64,000 nucleotides of DNA from the human T2T-CHM13v2.0 reference genome, Homo sapiens: assembly GCF_009914755.1 (NCBI RefSeq), contig NC_060936.1; one strand, written 5' to 3'. Made by a program: the position numbers and the translations under genes. A model generated the notes under the pieces. That model made no database searches. It saw only the letters and a list, made by a program, of their open reading frames with translations, and was not told the DNA's origin. Of the stretch, positions 45,257 through 59,369 are shown one piece after another (the first letter of the stretch is position 1; each line of letters starts with the position of its first letter).

Positions 45257-48200
45257 TGGGGAGGTGGGGCCAAGTTGGCCAACTAGAAACAGTAGTGATC
45301 AGAGACTCCCATCGAAAAATCCAAAACAGTGTGCAAATCCTACATTGGCAACCAAGTTATCCAGGTTCTGTCATTAGGGCTGACGAGGCAACAGGCTTGA
45401 CTCATGAGGAGGAAGGAAGAGCAGTGTGGTGCAGCAGCCCACCTGAGAGCCACAGGGGGCAAGAGAGCCCCCACCCCCAGCCAAGGGAGGTGGTGAGTGA
45501 GCACGCTATGCAGCCTGGAAAACCAAGCTTTTCCATAGAACTGTGCAACCCATGGATTGGAAGAACCCACTCAGGAGCCCATGACACTGGGGCCCTGGGC
45601 CCAACCATGGAGCCCCACAGATTCTCAACACCCATTTGGCTAGAATCTGCCTAAGCCTGTGATTTCCCTGGGGGAGAGGCGGCCATCTCCAAAGCTGCAG
45701 CTGCCTGTGGTCTAAGCCATCTGAACTCCCTGGGGAAGGGGTGGCAGCTCCTCCTTGCAGGCACTCCAACTTTAGCTCAGGGACAGAACTCTGATCTTCC
45801 TGGGCCTAAGCCCCTAGTGGGAGAGGTGGCTGTAGTCTCTGCAGACCAGCAGATGTAGTCTTTCCCCCTGCTAGCTCTGAGGAATCTGGGCAGCCCAGAC
45901 AAGTGAGTTTCCCTGAGCACAGCACAACCCCTCCACCAAGGGACAGCCAAAGTGTCTCGTTAAATGGGACCTACTTCGCATGCTTCTCAGCTTGGTGAGA
46001 CTTCCCCAACAGGGGTTGTCAGACATCCTACGCAGGAGCATTCCTACTGGCATCAGATCTGTGCCCCTTGAAGTCAGAGATCCCAGAGTAATAAGCAGGC
46101 ACCCATCTTTGCTGTTCTTCAGCCTCCTTAAGTGACATCTCCAGGTGTTTGAGAGAACCAGATGAATAGGACTTGAAGTGAACCCCTAGCAAACCACAGC
46201 AGCCCTACAGAAGATGGACCTGACTATTGAAAGTAAAACAAACAAACAGAAAGCAACAACAACAGCATCAACAAAAAAACCCCCACAAAAACCTCATCCA
46301 AGGGATGGCACCCTAAAATATCAAAACTAGACATACTATGAAGATGAGAAAGAATCAAAGAAAAAACTCTGAAAACCCAAAAGGCAAGAGTGCTTCTCTC
46401 CTCCAAATGATTGCAACACCTCTCCAGCAAGGGCACAGAACTGAACAGAGAATGAGATGGATGAATTGACCGAAGTAGGCTTCAGAAGGTGGGTAATAAC
46501 TTCACTGAGGTAAGGAGCATGTTCTAACCCACTGTAAAGAAGCTAAGAACCTTGACAAAAGGTTACAGGAGCTGCTAACTAGAATAACTAGTTTAGACAG
46601 GGGCATAAATGACCTGATGGAGTTGGAAAATGCAGCACAAGATACATCTTAATAAAGCATACAGAAATATCAATAGCCAAATCAATCAAGTGGAAGAAAG
46701 AATATCAGAGATGGAAGGCTATCTTGCTGAAATAAAGCAAGCAGAAAAGATTAGAGAAAAAAGAATGAAAGGAATGAACAAAACCTCAGAGAAATATGGA
46801 ACTATGTAAAAAGATCAGACCCATGACTGACTGGAGTAACTGAAAGAGACAAGGAAAATGGAACTAAATTGGAAAACATACTTCAGCACATTACCCAGGA
46901 GAACTTCCCCAACCTAGCAAGACAGGCCAATATTCAAATTCAGGAAATACAGAGAACCCCACTAAGATACTCCATGAGAAGGTCAACCCCAAGACACACA
47001 ATCATCAGATTCTTCAAGGTTGAAATGAAGAAAAAATGTTACAGGCAGCCAGAGAGAAAGGCCAGGTCACCTATGAAGGGAAGCCCATCAGACTAATAGT
47101 AGATCTCTCAGCAGAAACCCCACTAGCCAGAAGAGAGTGAGGGCCAATATGCAACATTCTTAAAGAAAAGAATTTTAAACCCAGAATTGCATATCCAGCC
47201 AAACTAAGCTTCATAAGCAAAGGAGAGATAAAACCCTTTCCAGACAAGCAAATGCCTAGGGAATTCATCACCACTAGGCCTGCCTTGCAAGAGCTCCTGA
47301 AGGAAGCACTAAATATGGAAATGAAAAACCAGTACTGGCCACTGCAGAACACATAAAAATGTAAAGACCAATGACACTATGAAGAAATGGCATCAACTAG
47401 CATGCAAAATAACCAACTAGCATCATGATGACAGGATCTATTTCACATATAACAATATTAACCTTAAATGTAAATAGGCTAAATGCCCCTGATTAAAAGA
47501 TACAGACTGACAAATTGGATACAGTCAAGAAACACTAGTGTGCTGTATTCAAGAGACCCATCTCACATGCAGAGACGCACATAGGCTCAAAATAAAGGGA
47601 TGAAGGAAAATTTACCAAGCAAATGGAAAGCAGAAAAAGCAAGGGTTGCAATCCTACTCTCTGACAAAACAGACTTTAAACCAGCAAAGATAAAAAAAAA
47701 AGACAAAGAAGGGCATTACATAATGGTAAAAGGGATCAATTCAACAAGAAGAGCTAACTGTCATGAATATATATGCACCCAATACAGGAGCACCCAGATT
47801 CATAAAAATATTCTTAGAGACCTATGAAGAGACTTAGACTCCCACACAATAATAGCGGGAGACTTTTATACCCAACTGTCAATATTAGAAAGATCAGTGA
47901 GACAGAAAATTAACAAAAATATTCAGGACTTGAACTCAGCTCTGAATCAACTGGACCTAATAAATATCTACAGAACCCTCCACCCCAAATCAAAGAATAT
48001 ACATTCTTTTCCATGCTGAACCACATAAGTGGAAGTAAAACGCTCCTCAGCAAATGCAAAAGAATGAAATCATAACAGTCTCTCAGACCACAGTGCAATC
48101 AAATTAGAACTCAGGATTTAAAAACTAACTCAAAACCACACAGATATGTGGAAATTGAACAACCTGCTACTGAATGACTCCTGGGTAAATAATTAAATCA

Positions 48201-51200
48201 AGGCAGAAATCAAGAAGTTATTTGAAATCAAAGAGAACAAAGAAACAACATACCAGAATCTCTGGGATATAATGTTAAGACGGAAATTTTTAGCACTAAA
48301 TGCCCAAGTCAGAAAGCTAGAAAGAACTCAAATAGACACCCTAACATCACAATTAAAGAACTAGAGAAGCAAGAGCAAACAAGAAAAACTAGCAGAAGAT
48401 AAGAAATAACTAAAATCAGAGTGGAATTGAAGAAGAGACACAAAAAACTTCAAAAAAGCAATGAATTCAGGAGTTTTTTTGAAAAAATTAACAAAATAGA
48501 CCACTAGCTAGACTAATAAAGAAAAAAATAGAAAATAATAAAATAAACATAAAAAATAATAAAGGAGATATCACACTGACCCCACAGAAATACAAACTAC
48601 CATCAGAGAATACTACAAACATGTCTATGCAAATAAACTAGAAAATTTGGAAGAAATGGATAAATTCCTGTACACATACACCCTCCCAAGACTAAACCAG
48701 GGAGAAGTTGAATCCCTGAATAGACCAATAACAAGTTCTGAAATTGAGGGAGTAATAAATAGCCTACCAACCAAAAAAAGCCCAGGATCAGACAGATTCA
48801 CAGCTGAATTCTAACAGAGGTACAGAGAGGAGCTGGGACCATTCCCTCTGAAACAATTCCAAACAATTGAAAAGGACAGAATCCTCCCTAATTCATCTTA
48901 TGAGGCCAACATCATCCTGATATCAAAACCTGTCAAAGACACAACAAAAAAATAAAACTTCAGGCCAATATCCCTGATGAACATTCATACAAAAATCCTT
49001 AATAAAATACTGGTAAACTGAACCCAGCAGCATATCAAAAACCTTATTCACCACGATCAAGTTGGCTTCATCCCTGGAATGCAAGGCTGGTTTAGCATAT
49101 GCAAATCAATAAACATAATCCATTACATAAACAGAACCAATGACAAAAACCAGATGATTATCTCAATAGATGCAGAAAAGGCCTTAGATAAAATTCAACA
49201 TTTCTTCATGTTAAAACTCTCAGTAAACTAGGCACTGATGGACTATATCTAAAAATAATAAGAGCTATTTATAACAAACCCATAGCCAATATCATACTGA
49301 ATGGGCAAAAGCTGAAAGCATTCCCTTTGAAAACTGTCAGAGGAAAAGAATGCCCTCTCTCACCAGTCCTACTCAACACAGTATTGGGAGATCTGGCCAG
49401 GGTAATCAAGCAAGAGAAAGAAATTAAGTGTATTCAAATAGGAAGAGAGGAAGTCAAATTGTCTCTGTTTGCAGGCAACATAATCCTATCTTTAGAAAAC
49501 CTCATCATCTTAGCCCAAAAATTCCCTAAGCTAATAAGCAACTTCAGCAAAGTCTCAGGATACAAAAATCAATGAGCAAAAATTACAGGCATTCCTACAC
49601 ACCAACAACAGACTAGCAGAGAGGCTAATCATGAATGAACTCCCATTCACATTTGCTACAAAGATAATGAAATACATTGGAATACAGCTAACAAGGGACG
49701 CAAAGGATCTCTTCAAGGAGAACTACAAACCACTGCTCAAGGAAATAAGAGAGAACACAAACAAATGGAGAAACATTCTATTCTCATGTATAAGAAGAAT
49801 CAATATTGTAAAAATCGCCATATTGTGTAATTTATAGAGTCAATGCTAGTCCCATCAAACTAACATTGAAATTCTTCACATAATCAGAAAAAAACTACTA
49901 TAAAATTCGTATGGAACAAAAAAGTAGCCCACATAGACAAGACAGTTGTAAGCAGCAAGGACAAAGCTGGGGGCATCACACTACCTGACTTCAAACTATA
50001 CCACAAGGATACAGTAACCAAGACAGCATGGTACTGGTAAACAAACAGACATATAGACCAATGAAACAGAATAGAGACCTCAGAAATAAGACCACACATC
50101 TACAACCATCTGATCTTCTACAAACCTGACAAAAACAAGCAACGGAAAAATGATTCCCTATTTAATAAATGGTGCTGGGAAACCTGGCTAGCCATATGGA
50201 GAAAACTGAAACCTGACCCCTTCTTTATACCTTATATAAAATAAACTCAAGATAGATTAAGGGCTTAAATGTAAAACCACAAACTATAAAAGTCCTAGAA
50301 GAAAACCTAGGCAATACCATTCAGGACATAGGCATGGACAAAGATTTTATGACGAAATTGCCAATAGCAATTGCAACAAAAGCTAAAATTGGCAAATGGG
50401 ATCTAATTAAACTAAGCTTCTGCATGGCAAAAGAAACTATCATCACAGCAAACAGGCAACTTACAGAATGGGAGAAAATTGTTGTGATATACCCATCTGA
50501 TAAAGGCTTAATATCCAGAATTAACAAGGGATTTAACAAATTTATAAGAAAAATACAAACAACCCTGCCAAAAAGCAGGCAAAGGATATGAACAGACACG
50601 TCTCAAAGATGTTCATGCAGCCAACAAATATATGAAAAAAAGCTCAACATCACTGATCATTAGAGAAATGCAAATCAAAACCACAATGAGATACCATCTC
50701 ACGCCCATCAGAATGGCGAGTATTAACAACTCAAGAAATAACAGATGCTGGAGAGACTGTGGAGTAATAAGAATGCTTTTACATTGTTGGTGAGAATGTA
50801 AATTAGTTCAACCATTGTGAAAGACAGTGTGGCTATTTCTCAAGGATCTAGAACCAGAAATACCATTTGACCCAGCAATCCCATTACTAGATGTTAAACC
50901 CAAAGGAATATAAATCATTCTGTTTTAAAGATTCATGCACATGTATGTTTACTGACGCACTATTCACAATAGCAAAGACATGGAACCAACCCAAATGAGC
51001 ATCAATGACAGACTGGATAAAGAAAATGTGGTACACATACACCATGGAATACTATGCAGCCACAAAACAGAATGAGATCATGTCCTTTGCAGGGACATGG
51101 ATGGAGCTGGAAGCCATCATCCTCAGCAAACTAACATGGGAACAGAAAACCAAACACCACATGTTCTCAGTCATATGTGGGAGTTGAACAAGGAGAACAC

Positions 51201-51420
51201 GTGGACACAGGGAGGGAAACAACACGCATGGGGACCCCTCTGGGGTGGGTGGCGAGGGGAGAGAAAGCATCAGGACAAATAGCTACTGTATGTGGGTCTA
51301 GGTGATGGGTTGATAGGTGCAGCAAACCACCATGGTGGACATATACCTATGTAACAAACCTGCATGTTCTGCGCATGTATCCTGGAACTTAAATAAAAAT
51401 ACAATAATAAAATAAAATTT
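45257..51420 (+). mobile_element. Full-length LINE-1, L1PA8/L1PA8A-L1PA10 class, defective
   Basis: 5' GGGGAGGTGGGGCCAAG(T)TGGCCAACTAGAA; ORF1 ~46340-47365, ORF2 47428-51187, both with many stops; 3' UTR GCATCAGGACAAATAGCTA; TSD AAAAGACACACA at 45245-45256 and 51421-51432. Confidence 0.95.
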
Positions 51421-52899
51421 AAAAGACACACACATATGCACTCAACCATTATGTACTAATTAAATATAATTTCAAAAAAGAAGAACAATTTAACCTCAAA
51501 AATATATAGAATAAAATCTATGAAAGCACATTTCTTATATTGAAAATTGACTATATACATGTATACTTGAGTGTGTGTATATATATATAAAATCCTTATC
51601 ATCATTTATCCATCTATAATTTTTCTCATTTTATGACAGACTTGTAAATGAGAAACAAAACATAATTAATTTCAGTATTCATATCTTTCCAATATTCCTT
51701 AGGAGAGAGTGAGATAGCTTTTTTCAAAAGGACACACCCTTTGTATTATAGTAATTATCAGATCAGGCTGATAATTCCTTATTATAGTTTGTGTGAATTA
51801 AATGTATAAAATGTCACAAGGTCAAAGAGTTCTACATATGTGGTTTTTGAAAAGAAACCTTAACAATTTAAGTTCACTCAGATGAGAAGATTTTTATCAG
51901 AAGAACTTATCTGTTTATTATACCAAAAATTTTATGACATTTGTAATTCATATATAATAGAGAAAATCACTTGAACTTACTTAATTTCTTAATTTTGTTC
52001 ACTTGAGGGCATTTAAATATTTATTTACATATTTCCATGAGATTAATATTTATATCATTTATATCAATACGGTTGAATCTTCTTATATAACATTTAAAAA
52101 GAATAGATAAATGAATTTCAAGCTTGTTTGGCTGTCTGTAGGCCTCTATTTATAGAATTAAAGGGGTCATTTCTTATCTTGCCCTGCACATTGCTCAGTT
52201 AATGCATGTATGCACTTCCTTTGAAGTCAGTGGGATCTCAGCTCTTGGATATTCTTTCGTGGCAAGGAGAAAAAGAGAAATCAATTTACTGTCATGAATA
52301 TCATAGTAGAATATCTTTTTAAGTCAAAATTTTATAGTGCTTCTTAAAATCCATAATCAATTTTGTCTTATTGGGGAAGATGCAATCTCAGGATAAACAA
52401 ATAAAGTATTTTAATTTTATTAGAGAGAATTAGCATGCCATTTTTGATGTGTGAAGAATGAGTCTATCTCTCATCCTGGCCTGAAGTTACTTGGAATTAT
52501 TTCAGGAAATTGTCTCAGTGGTCTATATGTTATTTTATTAGTTTAAAACTACCTTGTAATTAAGATATTGTTATCCATTATACAAATCAAAAAATGGGGA
52601 TCTGAGAGGTTAAGTACCTTCCTTGTTCTAAGTCAATAGATATTAAATGGAATATGTAAAGCTAAGTTTGTCTAGGTGTCTAATGAACCTGGAGAAAAAG
52701 AAAGTACTTATTCTTCTCAGAAATTGTACAGTAATTATACTTTTCATATATTAATGTGCTTATTTTTATCTATATCCACATATACAAAAAATACACATAA
52801 ACACAATAAATATCAGATATATGGGAAGTCACTTTAAAGAAGGCAGTATGTGTTGGTGAACGCAAATATAAGATTCAGATTTTTATAAATATTTTTTAT

Positions 52900-53461
52900 T
52901 TAGAAGCAACCTAAGTGTTCAACAGCAGATAAATGGACAAATAAAATGTGTTACTTATATATAATGGAGTACTATTCAGCCATGAAAAGAATGAGATTCT
53001 GTCCTTTGCAACAGCATGAATAGAACTAGATGGAATTAATCATGCTACGTAAAATAAGCCAGGCACAGAAAGACAAACATCACATGTTCTCACTTATTTG
53101 TGGTATCTAAAAATCAAAACAATTAAACTCATCGAGATACAGAGTAAAAGGATGGTTACCAGAGGTGGGGAATGGTAGTTGGGGGTTGGTGATGGTTAAT
53201 GGGTACAAAGATAAAGTTAGAAAGAATGAATAAGACCTAGTATTTGATAGCACAATAGGGCGACTATAGTCAATAATAATTTAATCATATATTTTAAAAT
53301 AACTAAAATAATATAGTTGGATTGTTTGTAACACAGAGGATAAATGCTTGAGAGGATGGGTACCCCATATTACACAATGTGATTATTATGCATTGTATGC
53401 CTGTAACAAAATATATACTCCATAAATATAGATACCTACTATGTACCCACAAAAAATAAAA
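52900..53461 (+). mobile_element. L1MA (L1MA1-3-like) 3' end
   Basis: GAAGCAACCTAAGTG...GGATAAATGCTTGAGAGGATGG...CTACTATGTACCCACAAAAAATAAA. Confidence 0.9.
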
Positions 53462-55319
53462 GACCCCTAAAAATCCTTATTATTCCAATTTCAATTAGTT
53501 TAAATTGAAGTCCTAATTTCACATATTTAAAAGGAGGATAATCATGACAAGATTGTTACAAGCAATATAAATAACACTTGTTAACCATCTTTGGTTCAAA
53601 AATCAATAAACACTTGCTGTTATTAAAATTATATATTGAAAGTTATGAATTAAAGTTTAAATAGTGTCCCTCTATATCTCTATTTAATGTAAATGAAATT
53701 TAAATTATAAAAGAAAAACTAAATGCCCGGGACTTGGAAGAAATGCAGTTCTCTCATTTTGCATGTCTTTATGTAGAAACATAATTTTTACAGCTTTGAT
53801 GAAGCTACATATTTTGGAAACAGAGCTTTGATGACCTACTTTATCAAATTGCCAAATCACTTTTATAAAATTGCAAAAAGACTCTCAACTTGATTAGAAA
53901 AGCACTAGAGATTATTTTAAATATAACATTACATTAATCAAATTAGTAGGCTGTAGACTGCATTGTGTATTAGATTTAAGAACAAAATTCAACTTGCTAA
54001 CCTAAAAAGAATTTTTTTCTAAAAATCCTCAGTAGAAGATATGCATGTATTCCCTACATTTTAATAGAATATATGAATACTGTTTTGCAAAAAAAAACAC
54101 CTTTTTTTCTAAAATTTAACAGAACATTTAATTATTCCTATTAAAATTCACAGAGAGACATTGATAACAGTGCTATTAAGAGGGCATTTTATAATCAATT
54201 CAGTTATTTTTAATTTCTTATCATCTTTTCTTTCTTCACATACTTAATGTTGAACAATGCATAAATTAAATATTCATTGAGTAGATGTTATGCTCCAGAA
54301 ACTGTAAAAACTATATACAAATAGAGTAGTGGAGGAGAGGAATAAAGACATGTAATGATACCATCAGAATAATTCCTGAAACATAAGAATGATTCCTACA
54401 GTTTATACAAGATAAAATAGTTTAACCCAGTCTAGATGTTTTGAAAAAGACACAAATTGATAGCAGAAGGAGAAGCTGAAGCAAATACACAACAGCAGGA
54501 AATACATGGCATTTTTATGGAATGGCTACAGTTTGGGAATGGCTAGATATAGGGTAGAGATGCATTTTCTACCCTGTAGAAAAGATGGAAGAAGCTTATG
54601 AATCAAGGATTTTCACTGGCATGAACTTCAGCCAAGAACCCAGGAGAGATCCCTGCATTCCCCTGCATTCATTTGGTCCTATAATTTTTTAAACTTACAA
54701 AACTGATATATTTTGAATATAGCCAGTTAAGACCACCTCTCTCTCTACTCTAACTTCTCTGTGATACTTTTCCTCATGCTGAATGGCATCAGGGGGGCCA
54801 TTGCCATTTTTGTTACTTGACTAATGGGAAGTGGAATGGGGGTATACGCTGTTTGATGGGACATGTTTATGTGCTTTGAGGTCATTTCTGCATATTGCTT
54901 AGATATTGCCCATCATTTTGGTGTAGAAATGGCTTTCAAGTATCACTATTACTGAATGTTTAAACTTACTTGAGTTATAGCATGAAGGTATGACATAGGT
55001 CATAGTTTTTTTTCTGAACTTTGAGATGTTTTCTCTTATTTGGGAGATATTCAAATAACTTTTAAATTTGCAGCACCTTCCATGCACATTCCAAGTACAT
55101 ATTCACTTTCACATCAAGTTGAAATCTTCTATTTTTTTCTCAAGAAGTCCTCTTCCACCTCCCCTAAAATTGCTTAAGCTTTCAGGCCCCATTAAATGTG
55201 CATCTTTTCCTAATCATAGGTTTCGTGGAAATGAGATATTAAGAAACATGGGAATGAGGTCCAAAAGATGGGTAGAAAAAAACCTTATGAAAAACCCTGT
55301 GACATTGAACACTGTTTGA

Positions 55320-55665
55320 ATGCCTGATGGGCCAAATTCTGTCCACTGACTATTTTTGTATAGCACACAAGCTAAGAACTATTTTTATAGACAGGAACTT
55401 ACAATTGATGTGATAATGCAGAACACTATTTTTGAACCCCAAGTTTTAATTCTTCCAAATTCATTCTAATTAGTAGACTTGTATAATAAAAAAGTGTTCA
55501 TTATTGTTATTTTACTATAGTTTGAATTTCATCAATCAGAATATATGGAAATTTGTTTTCTACTGTGTTATATAAATACCTTAAAATATAATTTTGCTTC
55601 TTGACATGCAAAGCATAAAATATTTACTCTCCATCTCTTTGTAGAAAAAAGTATGCTAACCCCTG
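55320..55665. mobile_element. hAT-Charlie MITE (MER33/MER58-like)
   Basis: GGGCCAAATT...AAGCTAAGAA...AAAATATTTACT...AGAAAAAAGTATGCTAACCCCTG end motif. Confidence 0.7.
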
Positions 55666-57493
55666 TTACAGCAATGATGAGTCATTGGCATTCTTTCTAA
55701 ACAAGGGGTTGATTTTACTAGCTCTGAGTTTTGCAATGGTCTAGATGGAAAAAAAATGCATAGGTTCTAACCAAAGAAAGTAAAAAGGGAAATTTAAATA
55801 AGAGGAAATTGTATTAATAAATATTGAAATACATGGTAGAAAAGTTCCTGGAACAGAGTATATTCTAAATAAATATTAGTATTAAATTAATACTTTTTCT
55901 AGTCCTTGATATTTCATATTGAATAGGAATTTTAGAGAAAGGCATCAAAGACACACAAAATACAGCATGATTCATCATGCAAACTAATAAATGAAAAACA
56001 TTTAAATCGTATCCAAAATATAACATTTTACTAAACTACTAGATATGACCTGTCTTTTGGATACTTAATATTGAAGCAGGAATTAACTCTCAAAAGAATT
56101 GTGGATGACAGTAATTTCCAGCTATTCTTGCTGTATAGTTTTCTGATGCTGCAACTTAAAGCTAGAATTCTTAGGTCTAAAACAAGTTGGTTCTCAGTCC
56201 AGAGAGAAAGGAAGGGAGAGAGGGGGATAAAAGAGATGGAGACATACAAGCCAAAGCGCCAAAAAATCTACATGAAGTGGATTTTGACTGGGTGCTAGTT
56301 GGTGGCCCAGGAGGAATATCCAATGCTGAAAACACTTGCTCTCATCTTCTGAGTTAAATTCTAATGGTTTTAAGTAGAGCAACTTGAGGAGAGTGCTGCC
56401 TACTTTCTGTCATTAGCATGCATGATACCTTTAGTTTCATCTCAATTTGTATATCCCAGAATCTTTACTTATTCAACTCACTCATTGAGTGTTAATTCCA
56501 TGCCAGTTATTTTTCCCAGTTCAGAAGACACTCATCTGGCTCTCAGGCTGTGCACAAACATGTGAAAGAGTCATACATTTTAACATGCAAGCATCCTGGG
56601 AATCATTGCATTGCAACTATAAGGACACACATAAAAAAGAGAGTGTGCAAGACAACAATTCACCTGAGCCATGGGTGGAAGGGAAAGATTTCCCAGATGG
56701 CCTGAGCTCTCATTGAGTCCTAAAGGACAAGTTGGGGCTATTTGGGTAGAGAAGGTAAAGTACAGGCTAGGAAACTTTCCAGACCAGAAAGAGTACATTG
56801 TGCAGTGAACTAGAGCTTATTATAGTTGGGGAATAGATCGTAGAGATGATGAGGTGTAGTAGAGATGAAGACAGAAAGGTGAATAGAAGTAGAGCACTTC
56901 CGCAAAACCAAAACAAAAGAGCCATTCCCATTTATAGAATACAAATGGTTATAGCTTAAAGACTGAGACATTTTCTACTCCACCTCCCTCATCCTGTGAT
57001 TTTTTTTCATGGTAATAAAATTCTAGAAATTTGCCAAAAATGTATGTATGTGTTTCTAAAATACATACTGAAAAATATTTCACTGAAAAAATATTTTGTT
57101 AAAAATTATACATTTGATTAGTAGAAGCAGTGAATACTATAATTTTTAAAGAAAAATAGATGAGTTTATTTAAACGTAATATCAGGCTGAACCTGTTGGC
57201 AAGAAGGGAGTATATAGTTCAGCTTTTGAAGCTGCATAACTACTTTCGAGCCCCTAGTTTAATTAAAAAAAGAAAAACTACTGGAAGTCAGTAGCTTGCT
57301 AAATATAAAAAGTACATCTGTAACAAATAAACTTAGAATACATATCTTAGATATTTTTTGTATAAATAAGGTAATAACCTCAACTATCAAATTCATCATT
57401 ACATAAACAAATGCTGGGGTTTTATTACCATTTGGTGGTATTTCTTTTATAAAATTTTATATTTTAATACAGTGAACATGATTTTATATAGAG

Positions 57494-57496
<3 letters not shown>

Positions 57497-57550
<54 letters not shown>
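57497..57550 (+). repeat. Compound microsatellite (TG)17(AG)10
   Basis: Directly visible. Confidence 0.98.
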
Positions 57551-57552
<2 letters not shown>

Positions 57553-58199
57553 TTATCTGTTTAGAAAATAAAAAAGCATTTCAGTGTAGAACATCAGGAT
57601 GCCAGCTTCAAAAGTGGTGTTTAATATATCTCTTACATGCACCTTCAGGTTGCAAGAGCACTCTGTAAGTACAATCTACTGTTACTCTTGCTTTTTTTTT
57701 TTTTTTTTTTTTGAAAATTCCCTTTGCTGTTTCGCTTCATCCCTGCTTGAAATTGAATGCCTTCCTTTTTCTCGATATACTTTTCTTGGACTCAACATCT
57801 GGACTAAAATTAATAGCCACCATTACTCTTATTCTCAAATACAATTTAATTTGCTCTTTTAAATAAAGGTTCTCTGAAATTCTCAGTATTAACCCTATCT
57901 GGCTTTTACCTGGGAAATCCCAGGAAACTTACCCAAAATTGGCCACTTTTTTTAGAATTCCTGCTGTATTTCTCTTAACTAATCTTAAACAAAGCAGAAT
58001 GATTTTACATTATGAAAATTATTATGGTTAAATAAATTCTAGAATGATCTGACATATCACCCCTTTCAGAAATACACAGGGGAGTGTATTTCTGGCTAAC
58101 ATAAAGTACAAGCTGAGCAGAGCAATCTTACTGATAGAAAAAAAATTCCAAAATTTAATTATCAGTGTAGACTTTGCGCCTTGCTTCTAGGTATTTGTC

Positions 58200-58790
58200 A
58201 ACTGCAGAAGACAGATGACATAAATACACTGTTCAAATAAAAGGTAGCAAATGTTATAATAGTGGAAGGTAAACATGGTAAACAAAAGCTCAGAGAATGT
58301 AGTGTCTCCCTGTACTGGGGCTGCAGGGAAACTGGGAAGGGGGGTGGGTCTCTAGGGATGAACTATTAGATAAACAATTACAGAAGGAGCACTGTAGTCT
58401 TATGGAACATGTAAGGCATTGTGACTTAGAAGGGTCTAAATTTGAAACAGTCATTTGGTATGTTTAAATATAGAGATGGTTTTGGGGGTGGAGATTGGAG
58501 AGAGGTGAAGGAGGGCTAGGAAGCTATTTTAATGATAAAGTGCCTCACACACCATGCTAAGTATTAGATCTTTTCTTCTGAATATAATGACAAGCCACTG
58601 AAACTTTTAACACAAGAAAGTTACATAAGGGTATCAGTGTTTCACAAAGTTAACTCTGGTGACAATGAGGAATATACATTGAAGAAAGGAGAAGCTGGAA
58701 TTAGAGACACCAGTTCTGAGTCTATTTCTGTAGTCCATAGAGGTAAAGATAAAGGCCTACCTGAAGGCAGTGACAGTGGAAAAAAGAAAA
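58200..58790 (-). mobile_element. Decayed L2 fragment (similar pieces at ~54230-54570 and ~56470-56900)
   Basis: AAGCCACTGAAACTTTTAA..., GGAATTAGAGACACCAGTT...GATAAAGGCCTACCTGAAGGCAGTGACAGTGG motifs. Confidence 0.55.
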
Positions 58791-59369
58791 GAAAACCAGT
58801 GTCCTAACTGGTCTTTCAATCTTAATTTTTTGCATTCTTGAACCCAAACTGCTACATATCAGGTTAATCTTTTCTAAGCAGAAATTGAATCTTGTCATAG
58901 ACATGTATGAAAGCATTTAATAATGTTTTATTACTTATCAAGTTAAATCTTTGCCTTCACAAGACCTAAATTCTACCTTTTATTTTATTTTAGACATTTC
59001 TGTTTTGTTTTTCCACAATCAGCAATCAAGTCAAACCATTCTTTTTTCTGTACCCTAAATGCGTGGTCATATAGGTTTCAGCAAGTTGTTTAGCTTCAGT
59101 TTCTCTATGTTTAAACCAAAAAATAGCAGCTTTACTTACACAATTTTTGTGAGGATTAAATTAGATAATCATTTGGTTAACACAGAACCCTGTTTCAGAA
59201 AGAGTGCATTAAATATAGCAATTCACATCATAATTTCCATCACACATTTCTGTGAATTTTCTCCTATATGGCTCTGTATGTAAAATTTTATTTACTCATA
59301 TCAACCTGTCAAAATCTGATTTTTTCATCAAAGCCAGAAGCAATCCACAGCTGCACCATTTCTTTCCAT

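Noticed and set aside
45256-46053. GC-rich ORFs of up to 132 aa
   Set aside because: Within the L1PA8-class 5' UTR; no recognisable protein similarity.
58067-58094. Perfect 11-bp hairpin CAGAAATACAC-AGGGGA-GTGTATTTCTG
   Set aside because: Too short for a pre-miRNA, and one such stem is compatible with chance in 64 kb of AT-rich DNA.
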